Positions 1 to 10,952 of a DNA stretch of 64,000 bases are shown piece by piece. Source of the stretch: Utricularia gibba (Eukaryota > Plantae > Magnoliophyta); the NCBI GenBank assembly GCA_002189035.1, contig CM007989.1, positions 1,550,001 to 1,614,000 of the forward strand, read 5' to 3'. Both the position numbers and the translations under genes were made by a program. The notes under the pieces are model-generated. The model made no database searches. It was not told the DNA's origin and was given only the letters and a program-made list of their open reading frames with translations. Each line of letters opens with the position of its first letter. Positions within the stretch are counted from its first letter, which is position 1.

Positions 1-1147
1 AAGGAGAAGATGGACTCCAAAGATGGCTCTGGGTGGTGGAAGTTTTGCACTATCTCCATGACTTGAGTGGCTCCATGACTACTGAAGCTCTGTTCCACGT
101 TCCCTTCACCGACGAAATGCGACTGAATTTGAAGTATCTCAGAGACATCACCATCCTCGCTAGCAACGAATCGAAGCCATTCAGCTTTCCAGGATCGCAG
201 TTCTTGCCATCTAAAACAAAGACGAAGGCGAAGCAGATGGAGAAGCATGTCAGAGAATCGTTCATGAAGATCATCAATCAACGGATTAAAGATAGGAAAG
301 CGAACAGCAACACGGAAGAAGTAGAAGAAGACTTGCTTGATCTTTTCCTTGATGAATTGTATCATGAACCCGGGAAGAAGCTGAGCGCCAGAGAAGAGAA
401 GAGGATCCTGGAGGAAGCCATGGCTCAGTGCAAAGTTTTTAGTTTTGCGGGTTTGGACACCACATCGACACTGGTGGTATGGACGATGATCAGTCTCGCT
501 ATTCATCAGGACTGGCAGGCTCGTGCTAGAGAAGAGGTCATCAGTGTCGTCGGAGATCAGAAGAATTTAACCAGCGATATTCTCGGACGGCTAAAAATCG
601 TAACTTTAACCAACTTTTCTCCTCTGTGTATGCTGGCCCAATGCTTTGGAAGGTGGCTTACTTGTCTGAGTCTGTTTGGCAGGTGACAATGGTTTTGAAT
701 GAAGTGCTCCGCCTTTATCCGGCGACGATGGAGCTTTCGCGGGTGGCGGAGGAGGATTTCCAGCTGGGGAGCCTCCTAATTCCAAAGGGCGTCTTGGTAC
801 AGATTCCGATCGCCCTTCTCCACCGGCGAACTGACATCTGGGGCAGCGACGCAAATGAGTTCCGGCCGGAGAGGTTCGCGGACGGCGTGATGAAAGCGAC
901 CAACGGATATGGGGCGGCGGCTTTCATGCCGTTCAGCTTTGGCCCCAGGGTCTGCATCGGCCAGAACTTCGCACTTCTGGAAGCGAAAGTGTTCGTAGCG
1001 CAGCTGCTGCGGACCTTCACCTTCGAGCTCGGCCCGGCTACAAGCACGCGCCTTGCGCCGACTTCATGGTCCACCCCAGCACGGTGCGCCGCTGCTGCTC
1101 CGAAGGATCTCGACTTGATCCCATCTTGCTTCTCAATTCAAATCTAG
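1..1147 (+). CDS. CYP72A: Cytochrome P450, CYP72A-like; 5'-truncated by the window edge; intron 600-682; two apparent 1-bp deletions near the C-terminus
   Basis: I-helix AGLDTTS, DWQARAREEV, ExxR (EVLR), PERF and heme motif FSFGPRVCIG. GT-AG intron 600-682. Adding one base at ~1037 and one at ~1075 restores the typical tail YKHAPCADFMVHPQHGAPLLLRRIST*. Confidence 0.9.
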
Positions 1148-2100
1148 TGGTCGTAAAGCTTCTGTTTTCTGCTCTCATCTTTGTTTAGTTTAAAATTTAA
1201 TTTTTAAAAAAAAAAATTAGTAGAATTGCCAAAAATTTCAACTTTAATTTGTATACTTTCATTAATGAAAATACACAAAATATTATGCTATTAGTATTGA
1301 ATATACTAATAGAAGATGTCATCACTAATATGCTTTTAAAAGAGGGGAACCTCACGTGCGCTATCACGCATTGGACACGTCATTCTCAACTAGAATATGA
1401 CACGTGTTTGAATATGGTGTGGTTGAATGATCAAGAAACGCGGTGCGACATCGAACAGCAGGAGTGCAAAATCGAAACCAAGGCATGAAATGCTTGTAGG
1501 AGGAAGGGGACTTGGGATAGATACGATGATCTCTCGGTTGTTAACTCCTCTTACAAGAGGAAAAGAGAAAGAAAAGGGTGCAGATGTGGACAAGAAACGC
1601 CTGTGAGCAGCAGCATCACAAGAATACAAACTGTTGTGATGGCGATGGACTTTTAGGTAATTTTCATAGGCGCGTGCGTGGCTCGGAGTGTATGGCTTCC
1701 CTAGAAGGCGGGATTATATTTAGGGCCTTCTATTTGCTGCTCCTGCTGCTGTTCATTCCCTTTTTTCTGGGTTCGGTTGTTTTTGCTTGTGAGGCGCAGG
1801 TATGGAGACTGATTTACTGTTGGATTTCTCTGTAATGTTTAATGTTTGGGACGAGGAAATGAAATGGGTTGAAGCCATCCCATGTACAGGAGGAATATGG
1901 GATTCCGTTGTTGTTTTTTCCTCTGTTTTAGACTTTTCTTTGCGCAATTCTAGAATCTTCATCTTCCCGTGAAGCCAGAGTCTCCTTCTTTCATGGGTAT
2001 GTATTAATATATTCTAGATATGCTGGCGGCTAGGTTGTGCTGCTCGGTTGCTGTAGGGTTTTCGAAAGTGAATAGATCTTCCTCAACGTGCACCGCGAAG

Positions 2101-3760
2101 ATGGAGAAGAATCTGAATCTTGGCCCAACAAAACTGGAGTACTACAATGATATGTTCAAGCTCAAATCTTCGGCTTCTCTCCTCTCTTCGTTCCTGGTCA
2201 GTTTCGATCTACTTTTTTCTCATCATAAATGGATGCTGGGTGCGTCTTAACACGGCAATATTGGGGGATTTTTTTTGGGGTGAAGAACGACGGTGGGAGG
2301 CAGACTATGGTGTTGGATTCCACAATCTTCCATCCTCAAGGCGGAGGCCAACCATCGGACATGGGTACCATCAAATCTCCTGATTCGGTCACCAACTTCG
2401 TTGTTGAGGATGTTCGTCTCAAGGACAAAATTGTATGTGTATCTTGAATCTGGACGTGCTAATTTTTTTTTTTTTTATCAGTCAGTGTGTCCCCCTTTTT
2501 TTTATCTTTGATTCTTTGTCAACATAGGTGTATCACTATGGTCATTTTGAGGGTTCGGAGACAGTTGAGAAAGGAGCCGAAGTTCTTTTATCGGTGGATC
2601 CAGATAGAAGAAGACTGAATTCCCGGTATGTCAATATACAGAGGTCTATGTTGCACCTTGAAATGATATCCAAAGTTAGTTACTTTCCGCTCTTTCCTTG
2701 TACATTCCCCCAACTTCCAGTTTACATTCTGCTGGGCATTTGCTTGATGTCTGTGTGAGAAACGTGGGATGGGATCACTTGGAACCAACGAAAGGCTACC
2801 ACTTTCCGGATGGGTATGGCCTTCTTATCCTTCATGGTAGTGTATCATATGTTCCCCTCTATCGTTTGTGTGCAGTATCGATGTTCATTCATTGCTCCTC
2901 TTAGCGGGTTATTTGGTTCAATTTTCAATATTCTCAACAGTGGAAAGTAGATCTCCTATCTTTAAACTTGAAGGGAGTTTGTGCCTCCATTCTAGGAACT
3001 TTTGTCCCAATTCATTGATTTCGAACAGGCAGAGCTTTTCGGTTTTCATGTGACTCTATGTGACATTTCACAAATTCCAGGCCCTATGTAGAGTACAAAG
3101 GTACAGTCCCACAGAACGAACTGCAGGCCAAGCAAAAGGAATTGGAGTTGGAAGCCAATAGGTTGATCTCTGAAGGAGGAGATGTATGCTCTCTTCACCC
3201 TCTACAAATGCTAGTCTGCACTATGGTAACTGTTCCTTTCGTCTTCCAGGTATCTGTATCCATTCTACCATATGACATAGCTTCCCAGCGCTGTGGTGGA
3301 TGCCTTCCAGAATACATTCCAAGGTCGGACATGGCTCCCATATGATCCTCTGTCTACTTCTAATTTTCAGAGAGTTTATATCTACGCTTACATTCGAAAT
3401 TTCAGAATTAGAACCAACACAACAAACACTTCCTAATTCTTTAAACATTCATTTGGGTTCATGTATATTGTCACTACAGCTACATTTTGCCATTCATGTT
3501 CTTTGTTTCAGGATAGCGAACCCCGCATCGTCCAACTCGGCGACAGCCCGGGATGCCCTTGTGGTGGTACACACGTCAGCAACGTCTCTGAGATTTCAAG
3601 CTTCAAGGTATGATCACATCATCCATGGTGTTACACATCACTTGCCTCCTCCAGACGCATGAAACCAGAGCTGATCTCTGCTTTTTTTTTTTTTCTCCCT
3701 CAGGTTTCTCAGATTCGAACCAAGAAGGGACTCACCAAAATCTTCTACAACATTCAGTAA
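2101..3760 (+). CDS. Freestanding alanyl-tRNA editing protein (AlaX / tRNA_SAD domain), 8 exons; in-frame upstream ATG at 2020
   Basis: Spliced exons give PTKLEYYNDM, VLDSTIFHPQGGGQP, LHSAGHLLD (HxxxH), GYHFPDGPYVEY, GCPCGGTH (CxxxH) and QIRTKKGLTKIFYNIQ*. GT-AG boundaries traced; stop ends at 3760. Confidence 0.92.
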
Positions 3761-5091
3761 CCTTCTCCAACTCTATTTCTGGTCTTTGAGAATGCAGACT
3801 TTGAACTCGTGCATGTATTGATGGCCACGGAATATTCGTAATCCCGTGACGCCCCCTGCTGTGTTATGTTTTGAATTTCCGTTACCACATCGGAGCTGTG
3901 CACCCCACAACTTATAATCATTGAATCTAATCCAAATGAATTTCGGATTTTAATATTGTGCAGTACTATTCATCTTGATTTTAAAGTCGTGAGACACGAT
4001 TAAGATAGCATTTTATGGAACTTTTTATTAAAAATATAAAATGTTTTTGAAATATTTGTGATTAAGTATAAAAAGTTATTTGATATTAGATTATTAATAT
4101 GTTTAAGTATAATGTAATTGAATATATATATATATATTAATTATATATGATATTTAATATTCAAGAATATAAATTTGAGTATATAAGTTATATAGATATA
4201 TAATTAATTTTTAATTTGAGTATATGAATGATATATTTATATAAAATTAACATATGCATATTAATTAATCAAACCATAATTTATATGTAAAATTGAATAT
4301 GAATATTTTATATTACATCATTACTATCAAACAGAATTTAAATTGTTTTAAACACACGCAAGGAATGGCATTTATGAGTAGCAGCATCCCATATTTGACT
4401 TTTAAAACTGAATTTCCGGATACAGAAAATATCCTTATTTTGAGTTTAGCCGACTCTTCAAGTTCAAGTTCCCTTTCCCTACTGGTGTTGTGGGCCCACG
4501 CCATAAAACTGCGGCGAGTCATCCTTTGTTGACCGTTGACGGCTCGGCTCGGCTGGCACGCTCGCGTTGACTGACGAGCCCCGACTCCGAGTCCGGGCTA
4601 GCAAGGCATGGTGCGTTGACGTGGGTGGTGGGCTCATCTTCCACCCACGTCAAGAGAGGTGACAGTTGCCACCTCGCGCTTCGAGGAAATTAAGGTGAGC
4701 ATGATCTGCAACACACTAGGTTTTATTTGTCCCCAAATTGAGATTGGGTCGAATTTGATTGTCATTTTGATTCGCCACCGCTTCTTTATTTGGGATGCCA
4801 AAAGTGTCTCTTCATGCTCGGGAGGACTTTCTCGAATTCTCCCGATATTTCTTTGACTAGATGGCCCATTAGGGTGGGTGCATTCAATGTGAACCGTCGA
4901 CTACGGAATTTTTGACAATTCGTATGCTACTCCAATGGCAAGTCGACACGTTGCTACCAGACCAACCCAGCATATGAACACCCACATAGACGAGAAGGTG
5001 TTCAGTCTTCTTGTTCGTCTTATATATATTTACTCACTCGCTGCTACTTCCAGATTCATACACAAGTAGAAAAAAACTTCAGGCATCGGAG

Positions 5092-6242
5092 ATGGAGAGA
5101 TCCACCGCGCATTTCGCATTCGGAGTTCTGGGTCAGTGTTTTTACTACCTTCTCTGTTTTTGTTTTCTTGTTCTGTACTTTCCCTCTCATCCTTTTCCTT
5201 TCAATGTGGCAGGGAACATTTTTGGGATGCTCTTATTCCTGGCGCCGATGTAAGTTTTATGGATACCGGTTCGACCGCCGGAGCTTGTAATTGATCTGTG
5301 TGTGTAATTGATGCAGGATTACGTTCAGGAGGATTGTGAAGAACCGATCCACTGAGAACTTCTCTGGGATTCCATATACCATGACCCTACTCACATGCTT
5401 GCTCTCCACATGGTACGTTTTTACAAGAAAATTCCCAATGTGAGCCTCAGGGAGTGCGAAAGATTGCGAGTCAGCCTGGATAAGTCCAGTCTCAAATGTT
5501 TTTTGTGTTCCGACGGGTGATAGGTATGGACTGCCGTTCGTGTCGCCAAACAACATTCTCGTGTCGACGATCAACGGGTGCGGGATGGTTCTGGAATCCA
5601 TCTACGTGATCCTGTTCCTGGTATTCGCCCCTAAGAAGGAGAAGGCGAAGATTCTTGCGTTGCTGGCTCTGGTTCTGGCGATGTTCGCAGCCATCGCGAT
5701 GGTGTCCATCCTGGCTCTTCGTGACAACGCGAGAAGGCAGTTCTGTGGCGTTGTGAACACACTGTTCTCCACGTTGATGTACGCCTCGCCATTGACGATC
5801 ATTGTGAGTCCAAAAACCACTTCTCCCTCACCATAAACACAAATCATTCTGACAAAATGTTTTCATGCAGACGTTGGTTATCAAAACGAAGAGCGTCGAG
5901 TTCATGCCTTTCTTCCTCTCCTTCTTCATGTTCTTGTGCACCACCTCGTGGTTCATCTTCGGCCTCCTGGGGAACGACCCTTTTGTATACGTAAGCAAAA
6001 AAAGAACACTTGCCTCTCTCTGCGCTGGAACTTCCATTACAGAAGTGCTTTTCCTGTTGCAGATTCAAAGTGGGATTGGATGCGGACTAAGCATCGTCCA
6101 GCTGCTATTGTACGCCGTATACCACAAGAACAAAGGCGGTGACAAAAGCTGTAACCAAGAAGCTTCTGCAGAGAAGGGGGAGGGCACCTGGAGGCCCCTG
6201 GAGGAGAAGCCGACTGCGACGAAAACACCTCCGCAGGCTTAA
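5092..6242 (+). CDS. SWEET1: SWEET sugar transporter, clade I (SWEET1-like), copy a
   Basis: Exons give [72 protein letters not shown]: two MtN3 repeats with clade-I intron positions. Confidence 0.92.
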
Positions 6243-7480
6243 TCGGAAGCAGCCACCACACATTAATTCTCAATTCCACACTACCCGACGAGATAAGTCT
6301 CTTGTTGTCTGGGTGCAAAAACCTGTGACGCTCGTTCTCCCATTCTTTTCTTCAAGAAACCATTGCTTTCTTAAATAATCGACGCTGAACCCAATAGTTT
6401 ACTACAAAAAAAAGTGCATACTATTTAAAATTATTATTAAATTATAAATTAAGATTATTAATTTAATAATATTAACAAAATAATATATAGATAATCATGA
6501 CACGGCTAATCAGGAATCCTACTATCAATGTCCATCAACCAAGATATTGATCATAATTATACATCCACTCCTTCAATAGCATCTCAATAAATTGATACAG
6601 ATAATAAATATATTAAAATGTTAATTTTTCTCAAAAATTACTTTTCTAAAAATTATAGAAGTATGACCAAAACTGATTAAATTCATATGCGTTTTTTTAT
6701 TAAATTCATTTATATTTTATGTAAATATGATTAAAATGGTTTCATTTTTTATATATGTGTTTATAGTATATTATTTATAATAATTAATAATAAAACGTTA
6801 TTTATACACTTTATATTTGTAATATTTAATTCATAAATTATATATGTATAATTTAAATAATTAATTTTATATGTATACAATATTTATTTATTAGTTCGAT
6901 TTTGCATTTGTAAAAATAATATCAATTTAAGTTTTCATGTTGTACTAAAAAAGATATATTATTTGGGAATAAATTAAACATGCGTACACTCCAAAGGACT
7001 CCGCGTTAATTATTTCCGAGTCTTCGCCAGCATTGACCGTACTAAATAAAAAATATTGGAAAAATAATCAGAATAAAAAACCATAAGATTTAGATGAATA
7101 TGAAATCCGAAGGATGTGATTGACTGAGAATAAGTAGTTGAGTCGGTGGCGTGCTGGGAATTTTCTACGACACGTGGGCTCATGATGGTGTAGCCCGCCT
7201 CCGACTCGCCACGTGCTAAATGGTCGCTCGAAATGGCACGAGGCCCAAATTGGGAAATAAATTTTTTTATTAGGCAATTTTTAGAGGAGACTTATTTACT
7301 GTTGGTTTTCTCTGTAATGTTAAAATGTTTGGGACAAGGAAATCAAAATGGGTTGATGGCTGAAGCCATCCACATACGGGAATATGGGATTCCGTTGTGT
7401 TTTTCTTCTGTTGTAGACTTTTCTTAGTGCAATTCTAGAGTCTCCTTCTTTCATGGGTAATGTATTAATATATTCCAGAT

Positions 7481-8104
7481 ATGCAGGCGGCTAGGTTATG
7501 CTGCTCGGTTACTGTAGGGTTTTCTAAAGCGTATAGATCTTCCTCAACGTGCACCGCGAAGATGGAGAAGAATCTGAATCTTGGCCCAGCAAAACAGGAG
7601 TACTACAATGATACTTATCCCCTCTCTTCGTTCCTGGTCAGTTTCGATCTTAATTTTTCCTCATCTTAAATGTATTAGAACAAATAATAAAGCATTGGGA
7701 CTTATATTAAAATAATCAAATATATAATAAATCATAAATCATTAATGATTTTTTGTATCTAATATTTTTTAATATAATTCATGTTTCTTATGTAAATAGG
7801 ATTCACATATGATCAACTATTCATTAAATCTTTAATTTCAACTTGATATCAGAGTGTTTGCATCACAACATGACTTTGGTGACCAAAATATGTTTCGTAA
7901 TAGTCTAAGTTTCAACTAAAAAATAATAAGATGTATTGAATTTAGACGAAAAAAGTAGATAGATCTATGATCCAGGTGTACCGTGTTGAGTAACGCATGA
8001 ACGCAGAGCTGATCTCTGCTTTTTTTTTTTTTTTTTTCTCCCTCAGGTTTCTCAGATTCGAACCAAGAAGGGACTCACTAAAATCTTCTACAACATTCAG
8101 TAAC
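7481..8104 (+). pseudogene. AlaX remnant: exon 1 (with internal deletion) and last exon kept, exons 2-7 missing
   Basis: 7481-7669 copies 2020-2228 (MEKNLNLGPAKQEYYND). ~7995-8104 copies the last intron and exon (VSQIRTKKGLTKIFYNIQ*). No catalytic exons lie between them. Confidence 0.88.
7671..7855 (+). mobile_element. Possible degenerate short LTR plus primer-binding site (TRIM/LTR remnant)
   Basis: Starts TGTATTAG where homology to copy a ends, contains TGTAAATAGG, ends TTTCA at 7840, then TGATATCAGAG (1 mismatch to the tRNA-iMet PBS TGGTATCAGAG). No second LTR found. Confidence 0.4.
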
Positions 8105-9756
8105 CTTCTCCACCTCCGTTTCTCTTCTTTGAGAACGCAAACTTTGAACTCGTGCATGTATGTTACCACATCGGAGCAGTGCACCCCACAACTTAATAGG
8201 TCTAACGCTGGCTGGTTCAGTCACCGATTTTAATACATTATTCAATGCTTTTTATCATTCTTGATTTTAGAGTTGAATGACATGATTAAGGCACAATTTG
8301 ATATAATTTTTTGAAAATTAATTTTTAGAAGTTTGTTCTTTTTTGAAAAATTAGATGTTGAGATTGTACAGTTCATAAAAAATAACAAATATTTCTACAT
8401 TTTTTTAAAGTAACATCAATTTATATTTAATAAAAAAATCGTTATACTATCCTTTAAATCTGAGAAATAAATGATTTTAAAAAAATGCGTGTGTATTTTA
8501 TTAAAAAATATTATTTAATATGTGATTTATGTAGAATTGTACAATTATATTTATATAAGGGTGTTTTATAATATAATATATAAAATTTATACCCAAATTT
8601 ACATATAAACTGTTATTTGATTAATTAACAATGTATGACAGTCTTATCTATACCACTTACATATTTATTTTTTAAATATATGGATTGTATACATAAATGA
8701 ATTGGAATCTAATTATATTTATACTATTTACATACTCAAATTTTTATTTATATATATATATAATTGAGTGTATATAAATAAATAAATATTTATTTATTTA
8801 TTTAAACATATTAATACTCTATTATCAAACGACATTTATGTAATATGATCATAATATTAATAATAGGTAATTGGAGAACAAAATTTCAAAATATAAAAAA
8901 AATTATACAATCTGATTAAATAAACCCATATAATTAATATGTTTGTGCTTCACTCACAAATCGAGAATCAAATGAAAAATTATTCGCATATATAATATAT
9001 AATACCAAAGATTATTATTTAACATGAAATGTTACCAAAGGAGCCCTTACTTGTCGGCTTAAATAGAATGTAGGCATGAAGTTGGTAATTATGTACAAAA
9101 GACTATTATTATTGTGCGGCTAATATCTAATTGCATTATTGAGAGTGGCGTCCCAAAATGACCAGATTCCTACGTAACCCTAACCTCCACGTTGCTGCAT
9201 CTTGAAACCTTAATTTTGTACCTAACCTTCGAAATTAACCTCCCCTACTTTAGTGGGCACGTTCACGGCTTGCCGCGGCTCGCACAACCACGTTGACTGA
9301 CGATTCCGGAGTCCTGGCTAGCGAGACGTGGCGCGTTGACTTGGGTGGTGGGCTCGTCTTCCACGTCATGAGAGGTGTCAGTTGCCACCTCGCTTTTCCA
9401 GGAAATTAGGGTGAGCATGATCTGCAACACACTGGGTTTTATTTGTCACAAAATTAGGGTTTGGTCGAATTTGATTTTCATTTTGATTCGCCACCGCTTC
9501 TTTATTTGGGATGCCAAAAGTGTCTCGTCATGCTCCTGAGTTTCTGAAGTTGTCCATATATTTCTTTGACTAGGTGGCCATTAGGGTGGGGCATTCATAC
9601 AATGCCAGTCGACACATTGCTACCACACCCACCCAGGGGTACGAACACCCGCTCACAGGAGAGAAGGCCTTCATTCTTCTTGTTCGTCTTATATATATTT
9701 ACTCACTCGCTGCTACTTCCAGATTCATACAGAAGCGGAAACTTCAGGCATCAGAG

Positions 9757-10952
9757 ATGGAGGGATCCACCCCACATTTCGCATTCGGAGTTCTGGGTCA
9801 GTGTTTTTACTACCTTCTCTGTGTTTGTTTTCTTGTTTTTACTTTCCCTCTCATCCTTTCCTTTCACTGTGGCAGGGAACATTTTTGGGATGCTCTTGTT
9901 CCTGGCGCCGACGTAAGTTTTATGGATACGGGTTCGAGCGCCGGAGCTTGTAATTGATCTGTGTTTGTAATTGATGTAGGATTACGTTCAGGAGGATTGT
10001 GAAGAACCGATCCACTGAGAGCTTCTCTGGGATTCCATATACCATGACAATACTCGCATGCTTGCTCTCCACATGGTATGTTTTTTAGAAGAAAATTTCC
10101 AATGTGAGCCCCAGGGAGTGCGAAAGATTGAGTTTCAGAAGAGCTAGCCTGAACAAGTCAAGTCTCAAATGTTTTCTGTTCCGACGGGTGATAGGTATGG
10201 ACTGCCCTTCGTGTCGTCGAACAACATACTCGTGTCGACGATCAACGGGTGCGGGATGGTTCTGGAATCCATCTACGTGATCCTGTTCCTGGTATTCGCC
10301 CCCAGGAAGGAGAAGGCGAGGATTCTTGCGTTGCTGGCTCTGGTGCTGGCGGTGTTCGCAGCCATCGCGTTGGTGTCCATCCTGGCTCTTCATGACAACG
10401 CGAGGAGGCACTTCTGCGGCGTTGTGAACACACTATTCAACACGTTGATGTATGCCTCACCATTGACGATCATTGCGAGTTCAAAAAACACTTCTCCCTC
10501 ACCATAAACACAAATCATTCTTCCCTTGTGAACCAGCGTTAACTCTTACAAACTGTTTTCATGCAGACGTTGGTTATCAAAACGAAGAGCGTCGAGTTCA
10601 TGCCTTTCTTCCTCTCCTTCTTCATGTTCTCATGCACCACCTCGTGGTTCATCTTTGGCCTCCTGGGGAACGACCCTTTTGTATACGTAAGCCAATAAGA
10701 ATAAAAAAATAAAAAGAACACTTGCCTCTCTCTGCTTGAACTTCCATTACACAAATGCTTTTCCTGTTGCAGATTCAAAGCGGGATTGGGTGCGGACTAA
10801 GTGTCGTCCAGCTTCTATTGTACGCCATATACCACAAGAACAAAGGCGGTGACAAAAGCTGTAACCAAGAAGCTTCTGCAGAGAAGGGGGAGGGCACCTG
10901 GAGGCCCCTGGAGGAGAATCCGACTGCGACGAAAACACCTCCGCAGGCTTAA
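9757..10952 (+). CDS. SWEET1: SWEET1-like transporter, copy b; one intron has a GC donor
   Basis: Same exon layout as copy a ([13 protein letters not shown] ... KTPPQA*). The donor after PLTII reads GCGAGT at 10475 where copy a has GTGAGT. Confidence 0.88.

Noticed and set aside
7671-7990. A complete TRIM element
   Set aside because: The second TGTATT at ~7933 does not continue into an LTR copy; only a remnant is supportable.
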